DNA from: Candidatus Woesearchaeota archaeon
GTDB taxonomy: Archaea; Nanobdellota; Nanobdellia; Woesearchaeales; GW2011-AR9
Assembly (NCBI GenBank): GCA_018696595.1
Contig: JABHQW010000003.1
Location: 96,001 to 160,000 of the forward strand
DNA: 64,000 nt
Direction: 5' to 3'
The notes under the pieces were generated by a model. The model had not been told where the DNA came from and made no database searches. It saw only the letters and a list, made by a program, of their open reading frames with translations. The position numbers and the translations under genes were made by a program. This document shows positions 1-9,779 of this stretch, one piece after another (the first letter of the stretch is position 1; the number at the start of each line of letters is the position of its first letter).

Positions 1-41
1 ATGAAGATGGAAGTTTAAAATTACCACAAAATATTCTTGCA

Positions 42-377
42 ATGAAAGAAAATGAGAAAAACAGTATTATTCTCAGAAGAGTTCAAATCAATACAAATAA
101 TCCGGCAATAGCTAATTTGAGAATTGAGTTTCCAGAAGAAATTAAAAATCCAAATAAAATAACCTCTTATTATAATGAAATTAAAGATAGAAAATATCCA
201 TCTGTAGACCACATTATTAAACAAACTGATAAGAAAACATTTATTATTGAAGTGAATCAAGGAACCACATTTATGTACTCTTTACTGGATCATTTACTTG
301 AATGTTTTAAATCTAAACTTGAGATAGAAAATAACGTTGTCGTAAAAGGTACTTGGGACAAATTTGATTCTGATTAA
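42..377 (+). CDS. hypothetical protein (111 aa)
   Basis: ORF with ATG start and protein-like composition; no motif recognised. Confidence 0.6.
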   Translation: MKENEKNSIILRRVQINTNNPAIANLRIEFPEEIKNPNKITSYYNEIKDRKYPSVDHIIKQTDKKTFIIEVNQGTTFMYSLLDHLLECFKSKLEIENNVVVKGTWDKFDSD

Positions 378-449
378 ACTAGGCCATTTATTCCAATAAG
401 AATATTTCTATCAACAAATTATTTAAATAAGAATATTCTCCCTCTTAAT

Positions 450-803
450 ATGAACCAAAAATTATACGAACAAGCAAAAAAGAATATCATTAAAGAAAGA
501 GAAGAAGATCTTAAAGAAGAGATCAAAGAAGAGTACAAAGCTTTACTCTTTGAATCACAGAAACTTGTTGCTGATAAAGAAATGATGCTTCATTTGAAAT
601 CGTTGTTAAAGAAAGCAAAGAAGTTGCCTGTTAGATCTATGGGAGAGAACTATTCTGTAAACCATCTCAAAGGAAAGATTATGACGATGATTGAGGAAGG
701 GAAGTATCATAAGAGAGAGTTGAGAGAGATTGAAGGGAGAGTCGAAGAGAAGTTGAATCCGAAAGAGAATGTGAATGTTGTGATGAAAGGGATTGTTGGA
801 TAG
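450..803 (+). CDS. hypothetical, charged/coiled-coil protein (117 aa)
   Basis: ORF rich in E/K helical patterns. Confidence 0.6.
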   Translation: MNQKLYEQAKKNIIKEREEDLKEEIKEEYKALLFESQKLVADKEMMLHLKSLLKKAKKLPVRSMGENYSVNHLKGKIMTMIEEGKYHKRELREIEGRVEEKLNPKENVNVVMKGIVG

Positions 804-847
804 AAAAGTATAAATAAATCAAGTAAGAGAGATTCTTTAAAGAAATT

Positions 848-1855
848 TTATTGATTCAAAGTTTTATCAATTAACTTTTCTCCCCAAAAGATCTTATCAT
901 AATGAAATCTAATAAACTCATCATTTATATCTGTTCTTTCATAAACTAAATCTTTATCATTATAATTGTTATTTGGATCACTATGTATTATTTTCTTAGT
1001 CACTGGATTTATCGCTATAGACCCGTAATCAAATTCAGCATGATGATATGGACAGAGAATTATTATATTCTCTTTTACGTCTGGACCATTGTACTCGCCA
1101 CCAAGAGGTTTCAAGTGATGCCCTTCTGCATAATATTTAGAGTTTTCCAACAATATTCTTTTTCCACAAACTTGACATTTCCAATTAAAATTAGATTTTA
1201 TTCCCCTTACAAGAGCTGTATCTCTAACAATCCTTGAAGTTATAACCTCAATTCTTCCAGGACTGGTGTAATCCGGATAGGGGGGTTCGTTCACAGTAGG
1301 AACTTGAGAGTTCTCATTTCTAAATTGTACAATGAAATTAAGGCTTTCTGAGAAATCATCAAAGAGATCATATAATACAGGAGGAACTTTTGCAAAATAT
1401 TTTTGAGATACTCGCAAATCTCCCCCAGTGGGATATTCAACATAGAACATGCCTTCTTTATTTTCATGTAATATTTCTCTAAGTGAAGAATTATATTCTC
1501 TGAAGAAAGATCCAATAGTTGGAGGGGAGATTAAATTATTAAATTGACCAAGATTAATTCTTTGATAAGGAGACATGTTTGTCCATCTTTCGGGCCTAGG
1601 TGGTTCATCAATGGTTTGAATTAATGGTGTCACAACCATAGAAACGCCAGCCCAAACATATCCCTCATCAGACTTTAATAAATGAATAATGATATCACCA
1701 ACTTGAACCTCTTTCATGATTTTCCATGCTTCTGAACCGCCCCTGTCTTTTACCGGACTCCACAAGCAACTCCCAAATTCCCACCCAGAACCACCGTGAG
1801 CTGGATTTGTAATTTCAAGGAATACAGATTGGCCTTCTTTTAATTTAGGTAACAT
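848..1855 (-). CDS. EVE/PUA-like reader domain + HNH endonuclease (putative type IV, modification-dependent restriction nuclease)
   Basis: N-terminal LWSP...AWKIMKEVQVGDIIIH resembles EVE-like domains; C-terminal CQVCG...EGHHLKPLG...ENIIILCPYHHAEFDYG is an HNH motif. Confidence 0.75.
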   Translation of the reverse strand: MLPKLKEGQSVFLEITNPAHGGSGWEFGSCLWSPVKDRGGSEAWKIMKEVQVGDIIIHLLKSDEGYVWAGVSMVVTPLIQTIDEPPRPERWTNMSPYQRINLGQFNNLISPPTIGSFFREYNSSLREILHENKEGMFYVEYPTGGDLRVSQKYFAKVPPVLYDLFDDFSESLNFIVQFRNENSQVPTVNEPPYPDYTSPGRIEVITSRIVRDTALVRGIKSNFNWKCQVCGKRILLENSKYYAEGHHLKPLGGEYNGPDVKENIIILCPYHHAEFDYGSIAINPVTKKIIHSDPNNNYNDKDLVYERTDINDEFIRFHYDKIFWGEKLIDKTLNQ

Positions 1856-1941
1856 AGAATTAAATAATGAGCACTGATATATATTATTTATGTTTTAATA
1901 TATTCTTTAGAAGCATTTGTGAGATCTAGTTTTTAGTGTAT

Positions 1942-2238
1942 TTATTTTGACAACAAATACTTTTTATCTCCAACCTTTTGAAACACTAATTGATCTATAG
2001 GTTTTAAGTTAATTTTATTCTTTAAATCCTGATTTAACTTGATAATATGAGATTTAAATTTAGTTTTTAGATAACAGGTGTATTCAATATTATCAAATAT
2101 AAAAGTTAATTCACAATCTTCATGAGGAAAATGTTTTTTGTTACTTTCTCCCACCCGTAACTGTCCTTTTTCTCTATCGATACGAGTGATATGGTTATCT
2201 TTACCCTCCGTATCAGGGATATAAAATGGTTGAGTCAT
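1942..2238 (-). CDS. small protein, possible B3/EcoRII-N-like DNA-binding pseudobarrel
   Basis: ITRIDREKGQLRVGESNKKHFP resembles the B3 pattern LTxSDxxxxxRLxIPxxxxxxxFP; beta-rich C-half. Confidence 0.4.
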   Translation of the reverse strand: MTQPFYIPDTEGKDNHITRIDREKGQLRVGESNKKHFPHEDCELTFIFDNIEYTCYLKTKFKSHIIKLNQDLKNKINLKPIDQLVFQKVGDKKYLLSK

Positions 2239-2370
2239 ATTTTAAAAAGTATTTTAAGTTTATATAAATCTTCCGACCATCGTAAATAAGTGATGAGATA
2301 TGAATCAATGATATTTAGAAATTAAAAAAACATCAATAAGTTTTTATAAAAGTAACCAAAATAGAATAAA

Positions 2371-3789
2371 ATGTCATTAAATGTACTTGAAGATCTTAAA
2401 GAAGTTTACAAATTAATATATAAATTGCTAATTTTTCCTGAATCTGATTGGAAAACTAAGATTTATGCTTCTACAGCTATGGCTTATCTCATAAATCCTT
2501 ATGATGTTATTCCCGAAGCAGAAAAAGGAAGTGAAGGTTATATTGATGATTTATATCTTTGTTTGTTAGTTTTAAAAGATTTGTCATTGTATAGAAAGGA
2601 TCTTATTGAAATAGCCAATGATAATAGATTAGATATTCAAGAATTTGTTGAACAAAAATTGATTATTTGTAAAAACGAGTTATGCGAAAAAACTAAACTG
2701 ATTGAAAAAGTTTCTGGTTATGATTCTCTGGAAAGATTTGATATTAGAAATTCACAAGTAGATTCCAAAATATCATCACAACTTGAACAGAACTCAACAA
2801 TTCTAGGAACAATTGCATTCTTTTATGATGAACTTTTAAATGTTCAAAAAACCTATGAAGAAAGAAGAGGTATGAACAAAAGAGGACCCCCTATAAGAAA
2901 AGGTTTAGGAAGAAAGATGGATCTTCCTTATGCATACCACCACACATTCTTAGAATTAAAAGAATCTAATCTTTTTTTTGATCTTAATAGGGTCTGTTTA
3001 CAATTTAACAAAAGTGAAGAATTAAAGCTTAAGATTGATTCTAATAATTCAACAGAAGATTTATTTATGAATTACGAGGACAACTTAAAAAATTTTAATG
3101 AAGATGTAGAATATTATAAAATCATTAAATTTGCTCATCCATTATTTAAAACATTATGTAATATTTCTAATGACTCCGATTGTAGTTGGCAAATCAAACA
3201 TGAAATCAATTCAGCGTTGGCTTATTTTTCATTAGTTGATGATGTTATTGATGACACTATAGAGTCTGGTCTTGGTTATGTTGATGATATTTTTGTTGCA
3301 TCATTTGTTTTATTTGATATTGCTGAAAAAGATTTTCATCTTTTAAACAGAAATTTAGACTCTGGTTTAAGTATTACAACAATTAAAAACTTATTTGAAA
3401 GATCAAGTGAAATTATTGATAATGATTTGAGTCAAATAATTAATTTACTAGGTTTAAGGGGATTAATGTCATTTTTTGATTTAAATCAACCAAATAACAC
3501 TAATGTTTGTATTATTTCCAATCATGGTTCTAATTATAAAAAGATTTTGAATAGTTTAATTAAGCTATATTTTGTTCCAGAACTTAGTTTTGACAAGAAA
3601 TCAAACATATCAGAATACATTAAAGAAATTAATAAAAGTTTATCTGGAGATCAATTATTAAAATTAAATAAGTTTATTGAAATAGCAGAAAACAGTTGTT
3701 ATAATAAAAACATACAACAAGAATTTGAAAACAAAGAACATGAAGAGATCAGATTATTAATACTTAAACATAAAATATTATCAAGCTAA
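2371..3789 (+). CDS. protein with two DUF1232 (YkvA-like) domains
   Basis: Two copies of the AxAYxxxPxDxIPD...GYxDD motif: AMAYLINPYDVIPEAEKGSEGYIDD and ALAYFSLVDDVIDDTIESGLGYVDD; ends 1 nt before the helicase start. Confidence 0.75.
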   Translation: MSLNVLEDLKEVYKLIYKLLIFPESDWKTKIYASTAMAYLINPYDVIPEAEKGSEGYIDDLYLCLLVLKDLSLYRKDLIEIANDNRLDIQEFVEQKLIICKNELCEKTKLIEKVSGYDSLERFDIRNSQVDSKISSQLEQNSTILGTIAFFYDELLNVQKTYEERRGMNKRGPPIRKGLGRKMDLPYAYHHTFLELKESNLFFDLNRVCLQFNKSEELKLKIDSNNSTEDLFMNYEDNLKNFNEDVEYYKIIKFAHPLFKTLCNISNDSDCSWQIKHEINSALAYFSLVDDVIDDTIESGLGYVDDIFVASFVLFDIAEKDFHLLNRNLDSGLSITTIKNLFERSSEIIDNDLSQIINLLGLRGLMSFFDLNQPNNTNVCIISNHGSNYKKILNSLIKLYFVPELSFDKKSNISEYIKEINKSLSGDQLLKLNKFIEIAENSCYNKNIQQEFENKEHEEIRLLILKHKILSS

Positions 3790-3790
3790 A

Positions 3791-5917
3791 ATGGAAAACA
3801 AATCGTTTAAAGAAATAGATGAACAAATTAAAGACACTTACTATAATTCAGAAGACAATCCCATTAAAAATTTTATGATTCCTGTTCTAAAGTGTTCTAA
3901 AATATATCGCCGCGAAACATACAGTTTTAATGCAGCTATATTTTCTTTGATTAGTGATGCTTTAGTTGATGTGTTTGAAAATGATTGTAAAATCCAGTAT
4001 ATTGTTGGCATGGAAATTAACGAAAAACATGAATTAGCAATTGAAAAAGGACTAGAAGATGAAGTAGGTCTTATTGAAAAACATTTAATTAATGATTTTG
4101 GGGACATTGAAAAATTTGTTGAAAAATTAAATAGTAAATATGAAAAAGAAAAAATAGAGAATAGGTTAAGAATGCTTAGTCTGATGATCTCAAAAGGAAT
4201 TTTAGAGATTAAAGTAGGATTTAAATGTAAAAGGGGAAAACCATTAGACCCTCGTTGGGCAAAATTCCACCCCAAAGTTATGATTTTTACTGATTTTGAA
4301 GGAAACTCAATTGTTACAAATGGATCACCTAATGAGAGCGAAGGTGGTGGAGACCGTAATGAAGAAGCATTTGATGTATTCAAAAGTTGGGACATTGGAT
4401 CCAAAAAATGGTTTGATAGACATTGGGCAAAGTTTGATGAATTTTGGGATAATACTAAGGAAAACGTAAAGACTATTGAAGTAAGTAAATTAATTGAAAG
4501 TAATGTTCTTAGAAAATATAGAAGTAGATCCAAAACTAAAGGAGAAATGATCAATATTGAAAAAGATTTAAACAAGCTGTTGGAAATGGAAAAAAAGGTG
4601 GATCAAACTGAAGAAAATATCCCTAAAGAATCAGGAGAGATAGAATTACGACATTACCAAAATGAGATTATTGATAATTGGTTTAAAGAAGACTCTAAAG
4701 GAATTTATGCACTTTGTACAGGAGCAGGTAAAAGTATTACTGCTATTCGCACTATTAAAAGATTATTGAAAAATCATCCTAAAACCATTACAATTATTGT
4801 TGCACCATATATCCCCCTTTGTGAACAATGGATACAAGTTTTAAAAACTGAGAATATAACCCCATTAATGGCATATAAGTCAATGGAATTATGGTATAAA
4901 TCATTAAAACATAAATTACTTTCATTTCAAATGGGTGGAACTGATTCGATATTTATTATCACAACAAATAAAACATACTCTAGTGATGAATTTCAAAATT
5001 TATTGAATAATTATTGGAAAAATTGTTTTTTAATAATCGATGAGTGCCATCATTTTGCTAGTACAACATACAGATCAACATTAAATGAGAGAATACAATT
5101 TAGGCTAGGTCTTTCAGCAACCCCGGAAAATGAGATGGACAGAGAGGGAAACATGGTGTTATATCGTTTTTTTAAGAAAAATATACCTCCTGAATATTCT
5201 TTAAAAGATGCTATCATTGAAGGTTACTTAAACAGATATGATTATTATCCAATAATTAATGAACTTGATGATCAAGAAAATGAAAATTTTGAGGAAATAA
5301 CTTTAAGAATATTAGCTGCTAAAAAAGATGGTGACTTTAAAAAAGTTGAAACCATATCTAAAGAAAGAGATGTTCTAATAGATACTTCGAAAACAAAAAT
5401 CCCAAATCTTTCAAGACTATTAGATCAGATTGAAGATTTATCACATTCGTTAATTTATTGTTCTGGAACTAAACAATTAGAACAAGTTTCAAGACTATTA
5501 AAGGAAAAAGGAATAAATTTTGGAAAAATTACTTCTGATGAAACCGCAAAAGAAAGATATAATATGATCGATCAATTTAAAAAAGGATTTATTAAACTTC
5601 TTTTGAGCATAAGAATACTTGATGAAGGTATAGATATTCCAGCAATTAAAACTGCAATGATATTAAAAAGTTCAGCAAGATCTCGACAAGCAATTCAGAG
5701 AAGGGGAAGATGTTTAAGATTATTAAAAGATGAATTTGGAGAGATAATTGATAAAAATGCTAGAATTTACGACTTTGTCACTTTGCCAAGGTCAAAATTA
5801 GATGTGGTTAAAGAATCATATGGTCTTGAAATAAAACGAATAATGGAATTCGTAACTTTATCAAACAATTCAAAAGAAGCAGAAAAGATTATAAAAGATC
5901 ACTTCCCTTATGTTTAA
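3791..5917 (+). CDS. pbeA: PLD-nuclease-SF2 (DEAD/DEAH) helicase, PbeA-like / DNA phosphorothioation-associated restriction enzyme
   Basis: HKD-like FHPKVMIFTD...GSPNES; Walker A TGAGKS; DECHH; motif III LSAT; motif VI QRRGRCLR; adjacent to dnd genes. Confidence 0.75.
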   Translation: MENKSFKEIDEQIKDTYYNSEDNPIKNFMIPVLKCSKIYRRETYSFNAAIFSLISDALVDVFENDCKIQYIVGMEINEKHELAIEKGLEDEVGLIEKHLINDFGDIEKFVEKLNSKYEKEKIENRLRMLSLMISKGILEIKVGFKCKRGKPLDPRWAKFHPKVMIFTDFEGNSIVTNGSPNESEGGGDRNEEAFDVFKSWDIGSKKWFDRHWAKFDEFWDNTKENVKTIEVSKLIESNVLRKYRSRSKTKGEMINIEKDLNKLLEMEKKVDQTEENIPKESGEIELRHYQNEIIDNWFKEDSKGIYALCTGAGKSITAIRTIKRLLKNHPKTITIIVAPYIPLCEQWIQVLKTENITPLMAYKSMELWYKSLKHKLLSFQMGGTDSIFIITTNKTYSSDEFQNLLNNYWKNCFLIIDECHHFASTTYRSTLNERIQFRLGLSATPENEMDREGNMVLYRFFKKNIPPEYSLKDAIIEGYLNRYDYYPIINELDDQENENFEEITLRILAAKKDGDFKKVETISKERDVLIDTSKTKIPNLSRLLDQIEDLSHSLIYCSGTKQLEQVSRLLKEKGINFGKITSDETAKERYNMIDQFKKGFIKLLLSIRILDEGIDIPAIKTAMILKSSARSRQAIQRRGRCLRLLKDEFGEIIDKNARIYDFVTLPRSKLDVVKESYGLEIKRIMEFVTLSNNSKEAEKIIKDHFPYV

Positions 5918-5922
5918 ATAAA

Positions 5923-6093
5923 ATGAAAGAAATTAAAAACATATTAGAGAATATGAAATGTCCTGAGGAGAATCAGATTTTACTTATTGAAACACTTAAG
6001 AGTTGTAAATATCATAGATCTGATAAGAATAATAAAGAAATAATCTTACAAATATATTCTACACTTAATAAATTGATGAAAAATGAAAATTAA
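5923..6093 (+). CDS. unannotated 56-aa protein at the pbeB position (MKEIKNILENMKCPEENQILLIETLKSCKYHRSDKNNKEIILQIYSTLNKLMKNEN)
   Basis: Translated by hand: ATG at 5923, TAA at 6091-6093; fills the gap between helicase and ATPase and overlaps the ATPase start. Confidence 0.65.
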   Translation: MKEIKNILENMKCPEENQILLIETLKSCKYHRSDKNNKEIILQIYSTLNKLMKNEN

Positions 6094-8101
6094 AGAAATG
6101 AAATTGAAGAATTTCAAAGCATATCGTAATGAAGAACTAAAATTCAGTACAGATAAGGAAAAAAATGTCACATTAATTTATGGTGTTAATGGAGCGGGTA
6201 AAACTTCTTTTTTTCAGGCATTGAATTGGGGTTTATATGGGTATGATGTGATTGGTACAAACAACACAATCTCCTCAATGAAAACAATTGCAGGAAAATA
6301 TTTATTGGATGAATTATCTGAAGGAGAAACTGAAGAAGTAAAAATTGAAATTCAATTTGAAAACGATGGATATGATTATACATTAACAAGGATTGCACAT
6401 TTTATTAAAAAAAATAATGAGCTTTCTTACTTAATGAAAAATGATTTCCTGAGTTTGTACTATGTCTCTGATATGGGTAAACCAAGTATGATTAAAAATG
6501 ACTCATTGGATCAAGAACAAAAAATATCAAGAATCATAAACAACGTTCTTCCTTTCGGTTCTAGAGAGTACTTTTTATTTGATGGTGAAAATTTAGCTAA
6601 TTACTCAGAAGCCAATAAACACCAATGTCTCGAAATTAAAAATGCAATTAGACAAGTATTAGGGTTAGATGACTTTGATATTGCTATTAAAAATATAAAA
6701 GCGGTTAATGATCAATTAAGAAAAGATTTCGAGAAAAAAGAATGTTCTGAAAAGATAAATGACACCAATAATGTGATTGGAGATTACCAGGAAAGACAAA
6801 CAAAAATTAGCAAAGAAGTAATTTCTCAGAGATATTTATTAAAAGAAAAGAATACTGAATTTACAAAAAATGAAGATTTATTGAAATCTTTTCATCAAGA
6901 AATAGAAAAAATAGAAAAAAGAAGTGAAATTGAAAAAGAAATTGAATCAATTAAAATTACACTTTCCTTAAATTTAAAAGAATTAAGGTCTGTTTTGACT
7001 CAAGGTTATATGTGTTATTCAGAATCAATCCAAACAGAATGTTTTAATTTGCTAACATCATGGAGAAAACAAAATAAATTTCCAACTAAATATTATAATC
7101 TTGATTTTGTAAAAAATATTATCCAAAATAAAAAATGTTTTTTTTGGGATTTTGAAGAAAATAGTGAAGAACATAAATTCTTTTTAAAAGAAGAAGAAAA
7201 ATTACAAAATTGGGGACATAATATTCAAAATGATCTAACTGATTTTTATGGTAAAGTTTCTTCATTAAAAATAGGATCAAAAAGTTTAATTAAAGATATA
7301 AGTGAACAACATAAAGTATATGTACAAACTGAAACAAAATTTAGAGAACATATTCTTGCTCACGAGGAAATTAACAAAGAAATAAAATCCAAAATAACCG
7401 ATAAAGAAATTCAAGAATGTAATAATAAAAGAGAAATCATTCAAAATGAGATTCTTAAAGTTAGTACAAACATTAAATCACTTACTGAACAATCTATACT
7501 TTTTGAAGAAGAGATTAGAAAAGCAAATTCCCTCTTAAACTCTATGAAAAGTAAAACTGTAGAGGGAAAGAAAATTCAAGATAAAAAGAAATTAATAACT
7601 GAATCAATTTATTGGTTAAAACAATTATATGAACACTATTCTCAAATTAAACGACAAGAAGTTGAGAAACACATGCAAGACTTATTTAGAAATATTCTTT
7701 GGAAAAAACAACACTACCAGGATGCTAAACTAACCTCAGATTATAAATTAACATTACCTGACAAATGGGGAGATGCCGGAGAAGATCTGGTTTCAAAAGG
7801 AGAAGGCCAAGTATTAATATTAAGTTTTGTGGCAGCATTAGCAAAGTCTACAAATGATGAAGCACCATTTATTATTGATACTCCTTTTGCAAGAATTTCA
7901 ATAGAACCTACAATTAATATTGCAAAATTCTTACCAGAGCAAGTTTCACAATTAGTTCTTTTTGTTACTGATAAAGAATTAACTACCGAATCTGAAAGAT
8001 TATTTACTGAAAAAACCCAATATGTTTGGACAATAAAGTTTAATGAGGAAAATTCAGAAACAAATATTATAAATGGCAAACAAGTCAAAACAGAATATTA
8101 A
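6083..8101 (+). CDS. SMC/Rad50-like ABC ATPase, DndD paralogue (PbeC-like)
   Basis: Walker A GVNGAGKT, YFLFDGE, long coiled coil, signature VSKGE, Walker B/D-loop FIIDTPFARIS. Confidence 0.8.
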   Translation: MKIKEMKLKNFKAYRNEELKFSTDKEKNVTLIYGVNGAGKTSFFQALNWGLYGYDVIGTNNTISSMKTIAGKYLLDELSEGETEEVKIEIQFENDGYDYTLTRIAHFIKKNNELSYLMKNDFLSLYYVSDMGKPSMIKNDSLDQEQKISRIINNVLPFGSREYFLFDGENLANYSEANKHQCLEIKNAIRQVLGLDDFDIAIKNIKAVNDQLRKDFEKKECSEKINDTNNVIGDYQERQTKISKEVISQRYLLKEKNTEFTKNEDLLKSFHQEIEKIEKRSEIEKEIESIKITLSLNLKELRSVLTQGYMCYSESIQTECFNLLTSWRKQNKFPTKYYNLDFVKNIIQNKKCFFWDFEENSEEHKFFLKEEEKLQNWGHNIQNDLTDFYGKVSSLKIGSKSLIKDISEQHKVYVQTETKFREHILAHEEINKEIKSKITDKEIQECNNKREIIQNEILKVSTNIKSLTEQSILFEEEIRKANSLLNSMKSKTVEGKKIQDKKKLITESIYWLKQLYEHYSQIKRQEVEKHMQDLFRNILWKKQHYQDAKLTSDYKLTLPDKWGDAGEDLVSKGEGQVLILSFVAALAKSTNDEAPFIIDTPFARISIEPTINIAKFLPEQVSQLVLFVTDKELTTESERLFTEKTQYVWTIKFNEENSETNIINGKQVKTEY

Positions 8102-8108
8102 ATAGAAG

Positions 8109-8549
8109 ATGAATCAATCAAGAAACCCACCCATCCACATTAATGAAAAGTTTAATATGAGATATAGTCTTTACTCTAATCCACAACACAAAAGAAACAC
8201 TGATGAAAAGGAGTTATTATTTTTCTCTAGGATGGTTGATTTATTTATGTTAGCTACAATTCATGGCTTTAAAGAAGGATTAAGAATTCCCTTTGAAAAA
8301 CCAAGTGAAAAAACTGATATTTTCAAATGGAGCAATTTTAAAGACGAAGATTTGACAATTATTAAATCAATAGGATTATTAGAGCTTATTAGAATTGGAA
8401 ATGAGGATCCGAACATTATTAATGATAAATCAAGAATGGTTGAAATAATTCAAGAATATGCTAATGGGGGATTTCAAGATTTAATGGAAATATTAGAAGA
8501 GAACCCTGACTTTGAAGGAAATTTCATTTCATTAATACTAACAAAATAA
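8109..8549 (+). CDS. Dnd system-associated small protein (PbeD / dnd-associated protein 4-like; DndE-like)
   Basis: 146 aa; DLFMLATIHG and IIQEYANGGFQDL are typical of this family; position after the ATPase. Confidence 0.65.
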   Translation: MNQSRNPPIHINEKFNMRYSLYSNPQHKRNTDEKELLFFSRMVDLFMLATIHGFKEGLRIPFEKPSEKTDIFKWSNFKDEDLTIIKSIGLLELIRIGNEDPNIINDKSRMVEIIQEYANGGFQDLMEILEENPDFEGNFISLILTK

Positions 8550-8576
8550 TTTAGTAACTCAAATAAACCACTAATT

Positions 8577-8592
8577 GGATTACGTTTAATCC
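8577..8592. promoter_or_regulatory. palindrome GGATTA-CGTT-TAATCC, candidate operator upstream of dndB
   Basis: Perfect 6-bp inverted repeat with 4-nt spacer, about 45 bp upstream of the TATA-like box. Confidence 0.35.
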
Positions 8593-8638
8593 GTTCAAAA
8601 GGAAGTCTATTTTATTCACTTGGAAGTTAAACTGAAAG

Positions 8639-8646
8639 TTTATATA
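8639..8646 (+). promoter_or_regulatory. archaeal TATA box (TTTATATA) with purine-rich BRE-like GAAAG for dndB
   Basis: Lies about 24 nt upstream of the dndB ATG, consistent with a leaderless transcript. Confidence 0.55.
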
Positions 8647-8669
8647 TCATTTAATTCTTAGAACTTTTT

Positions 8670-9779
8670 ATGGTGATAAAAAAAGAGGTTAGTTCAAATG
8701 CTTTCTCATTTACTGCATTAAGAGGCATTCAGTCTGGAAGAGAATATTATGTTGCAATGTGTCCATTAAGATTAATTCCTAGAATATTCTTATTTAACGA
8801 AATGGAAATCCCCCCCCATATGAGGGCACAAAGAACTCTTAATAAAGCAAGAGTTCCTGAAATGGCTTCATATATGATTAAAAATAATGATTATATTTTT
8901 TCATCTATTACTGCATCTATAGATGGAGAGATTCTATTTGAACCGATTGAGGATACTGGTCATAAATCTAAAATGGGAACTCTGAGCGTTCCTATGAGTG
9001 CTAGATTTTTAATTAATGATGGGCAGCATAGAAGAGCAGCAATAGAAAAAGCTTTAGCAGAGAAGCCAGAATTAGGTTCTGAAACAATCTCTGTAGTGTT
9101 CTTCCTTGATGCTGGATTGAAACGTAGCCAACAAATGTTTGCAGATCTTAATAAAAATGCGGTAAAACCTACAACTTCATTAAATATTTTATATAATCAT
9201 AGAGATGAGTTTTCAAGATCCATTATTTCACAATTAAATAATATACCTATTTTTGGAAATCAGTTAACTGAATTAGAAAAAACATCTATTTCAAATAGAG
9301 CCAAAAAGGTTTTCACTCTAAATAGTATTTATCATTCAACAAAATCATTTTTAGGTAAAAAAGAAAAAACCCCAGTTATATCTAATGATGAAAAGAAATT
9401 GGTTTCTGAGTTTTGGAATGAAGTTCATAATAATATTTCTGAATGGCAAGATGTTGTTAATGATAAGATCACTCCTTATGGATTGAGACAAGATTATGTT
9501 CATGTTTCCGGTGTTGTTCTTCATGCTATAGGTAGAATGGGTCATAAACTAATAAAAGATTATCCCAATAATTGGAAAATAAAACTAAAAAATCTTCAAC
9601 AAATTGATTGGAAAAAATCAAATCCCATTTGGGAAGGAAGAGCCATGCAAAATGGAAGATTAAGTAAAGTAAATACCAATTTGATTTTAACAAGTAATTA
9701 TCTTAAACAGCAAATGGAAGTTCCATTAAGTAAAGCAGAGATTGAAATTGAAAAAATAATAACAGGCGGATCAAAATAG
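8670..9779 (+). CDS. dndB: DNA sulfur modification protein DndB (DGQHR domain regulator)
   Basis: AQRTLNKARVPEM, INDGQHRRAAI, SQQMFADLN motifs. Confidence 0.92.
   Translation: MVIKKEVSSNAFSFTALRGIQSGREYYVAMCPLRLIPRIFLFNEMEIPPHMRAQRTLNKARVPEMASYMIKNNDYIFSSITASIDGEILFEPIEDTGHKSKMGTLSVPMSARFLINDGQHRRAAIEKALAEKPELGSETISVVFFLDAGLKRSQQMFADLNKNAVKPTTSLNILYNHRDEFSRSIISQLNNIPIFGNQLTELEKTSISNRAKKVFTLNSIYHSTKSFLGKKEKTPVISNDEKKLVSEFWNEVHNNISEWQDVVNDKITPYGLRQDYVHVSGVVLHAIGRMGHKLIKDYPNNWKIKLKNLQQIDWKKSNPIWEGRAMQNGRLSKVNTNLILTSNYLKQQMEVPLSKAEIEIEKIITGGSK

Noticed and set aside
465-530. Third copy of the shared tag in the 117-aa ORF (NIIKEREEDLKEEIK)
   Set aside because: It is N-terminal, lacks the RLLxLKHKIL core, and the matches are explained by E/K-rich coiled-coil bias.
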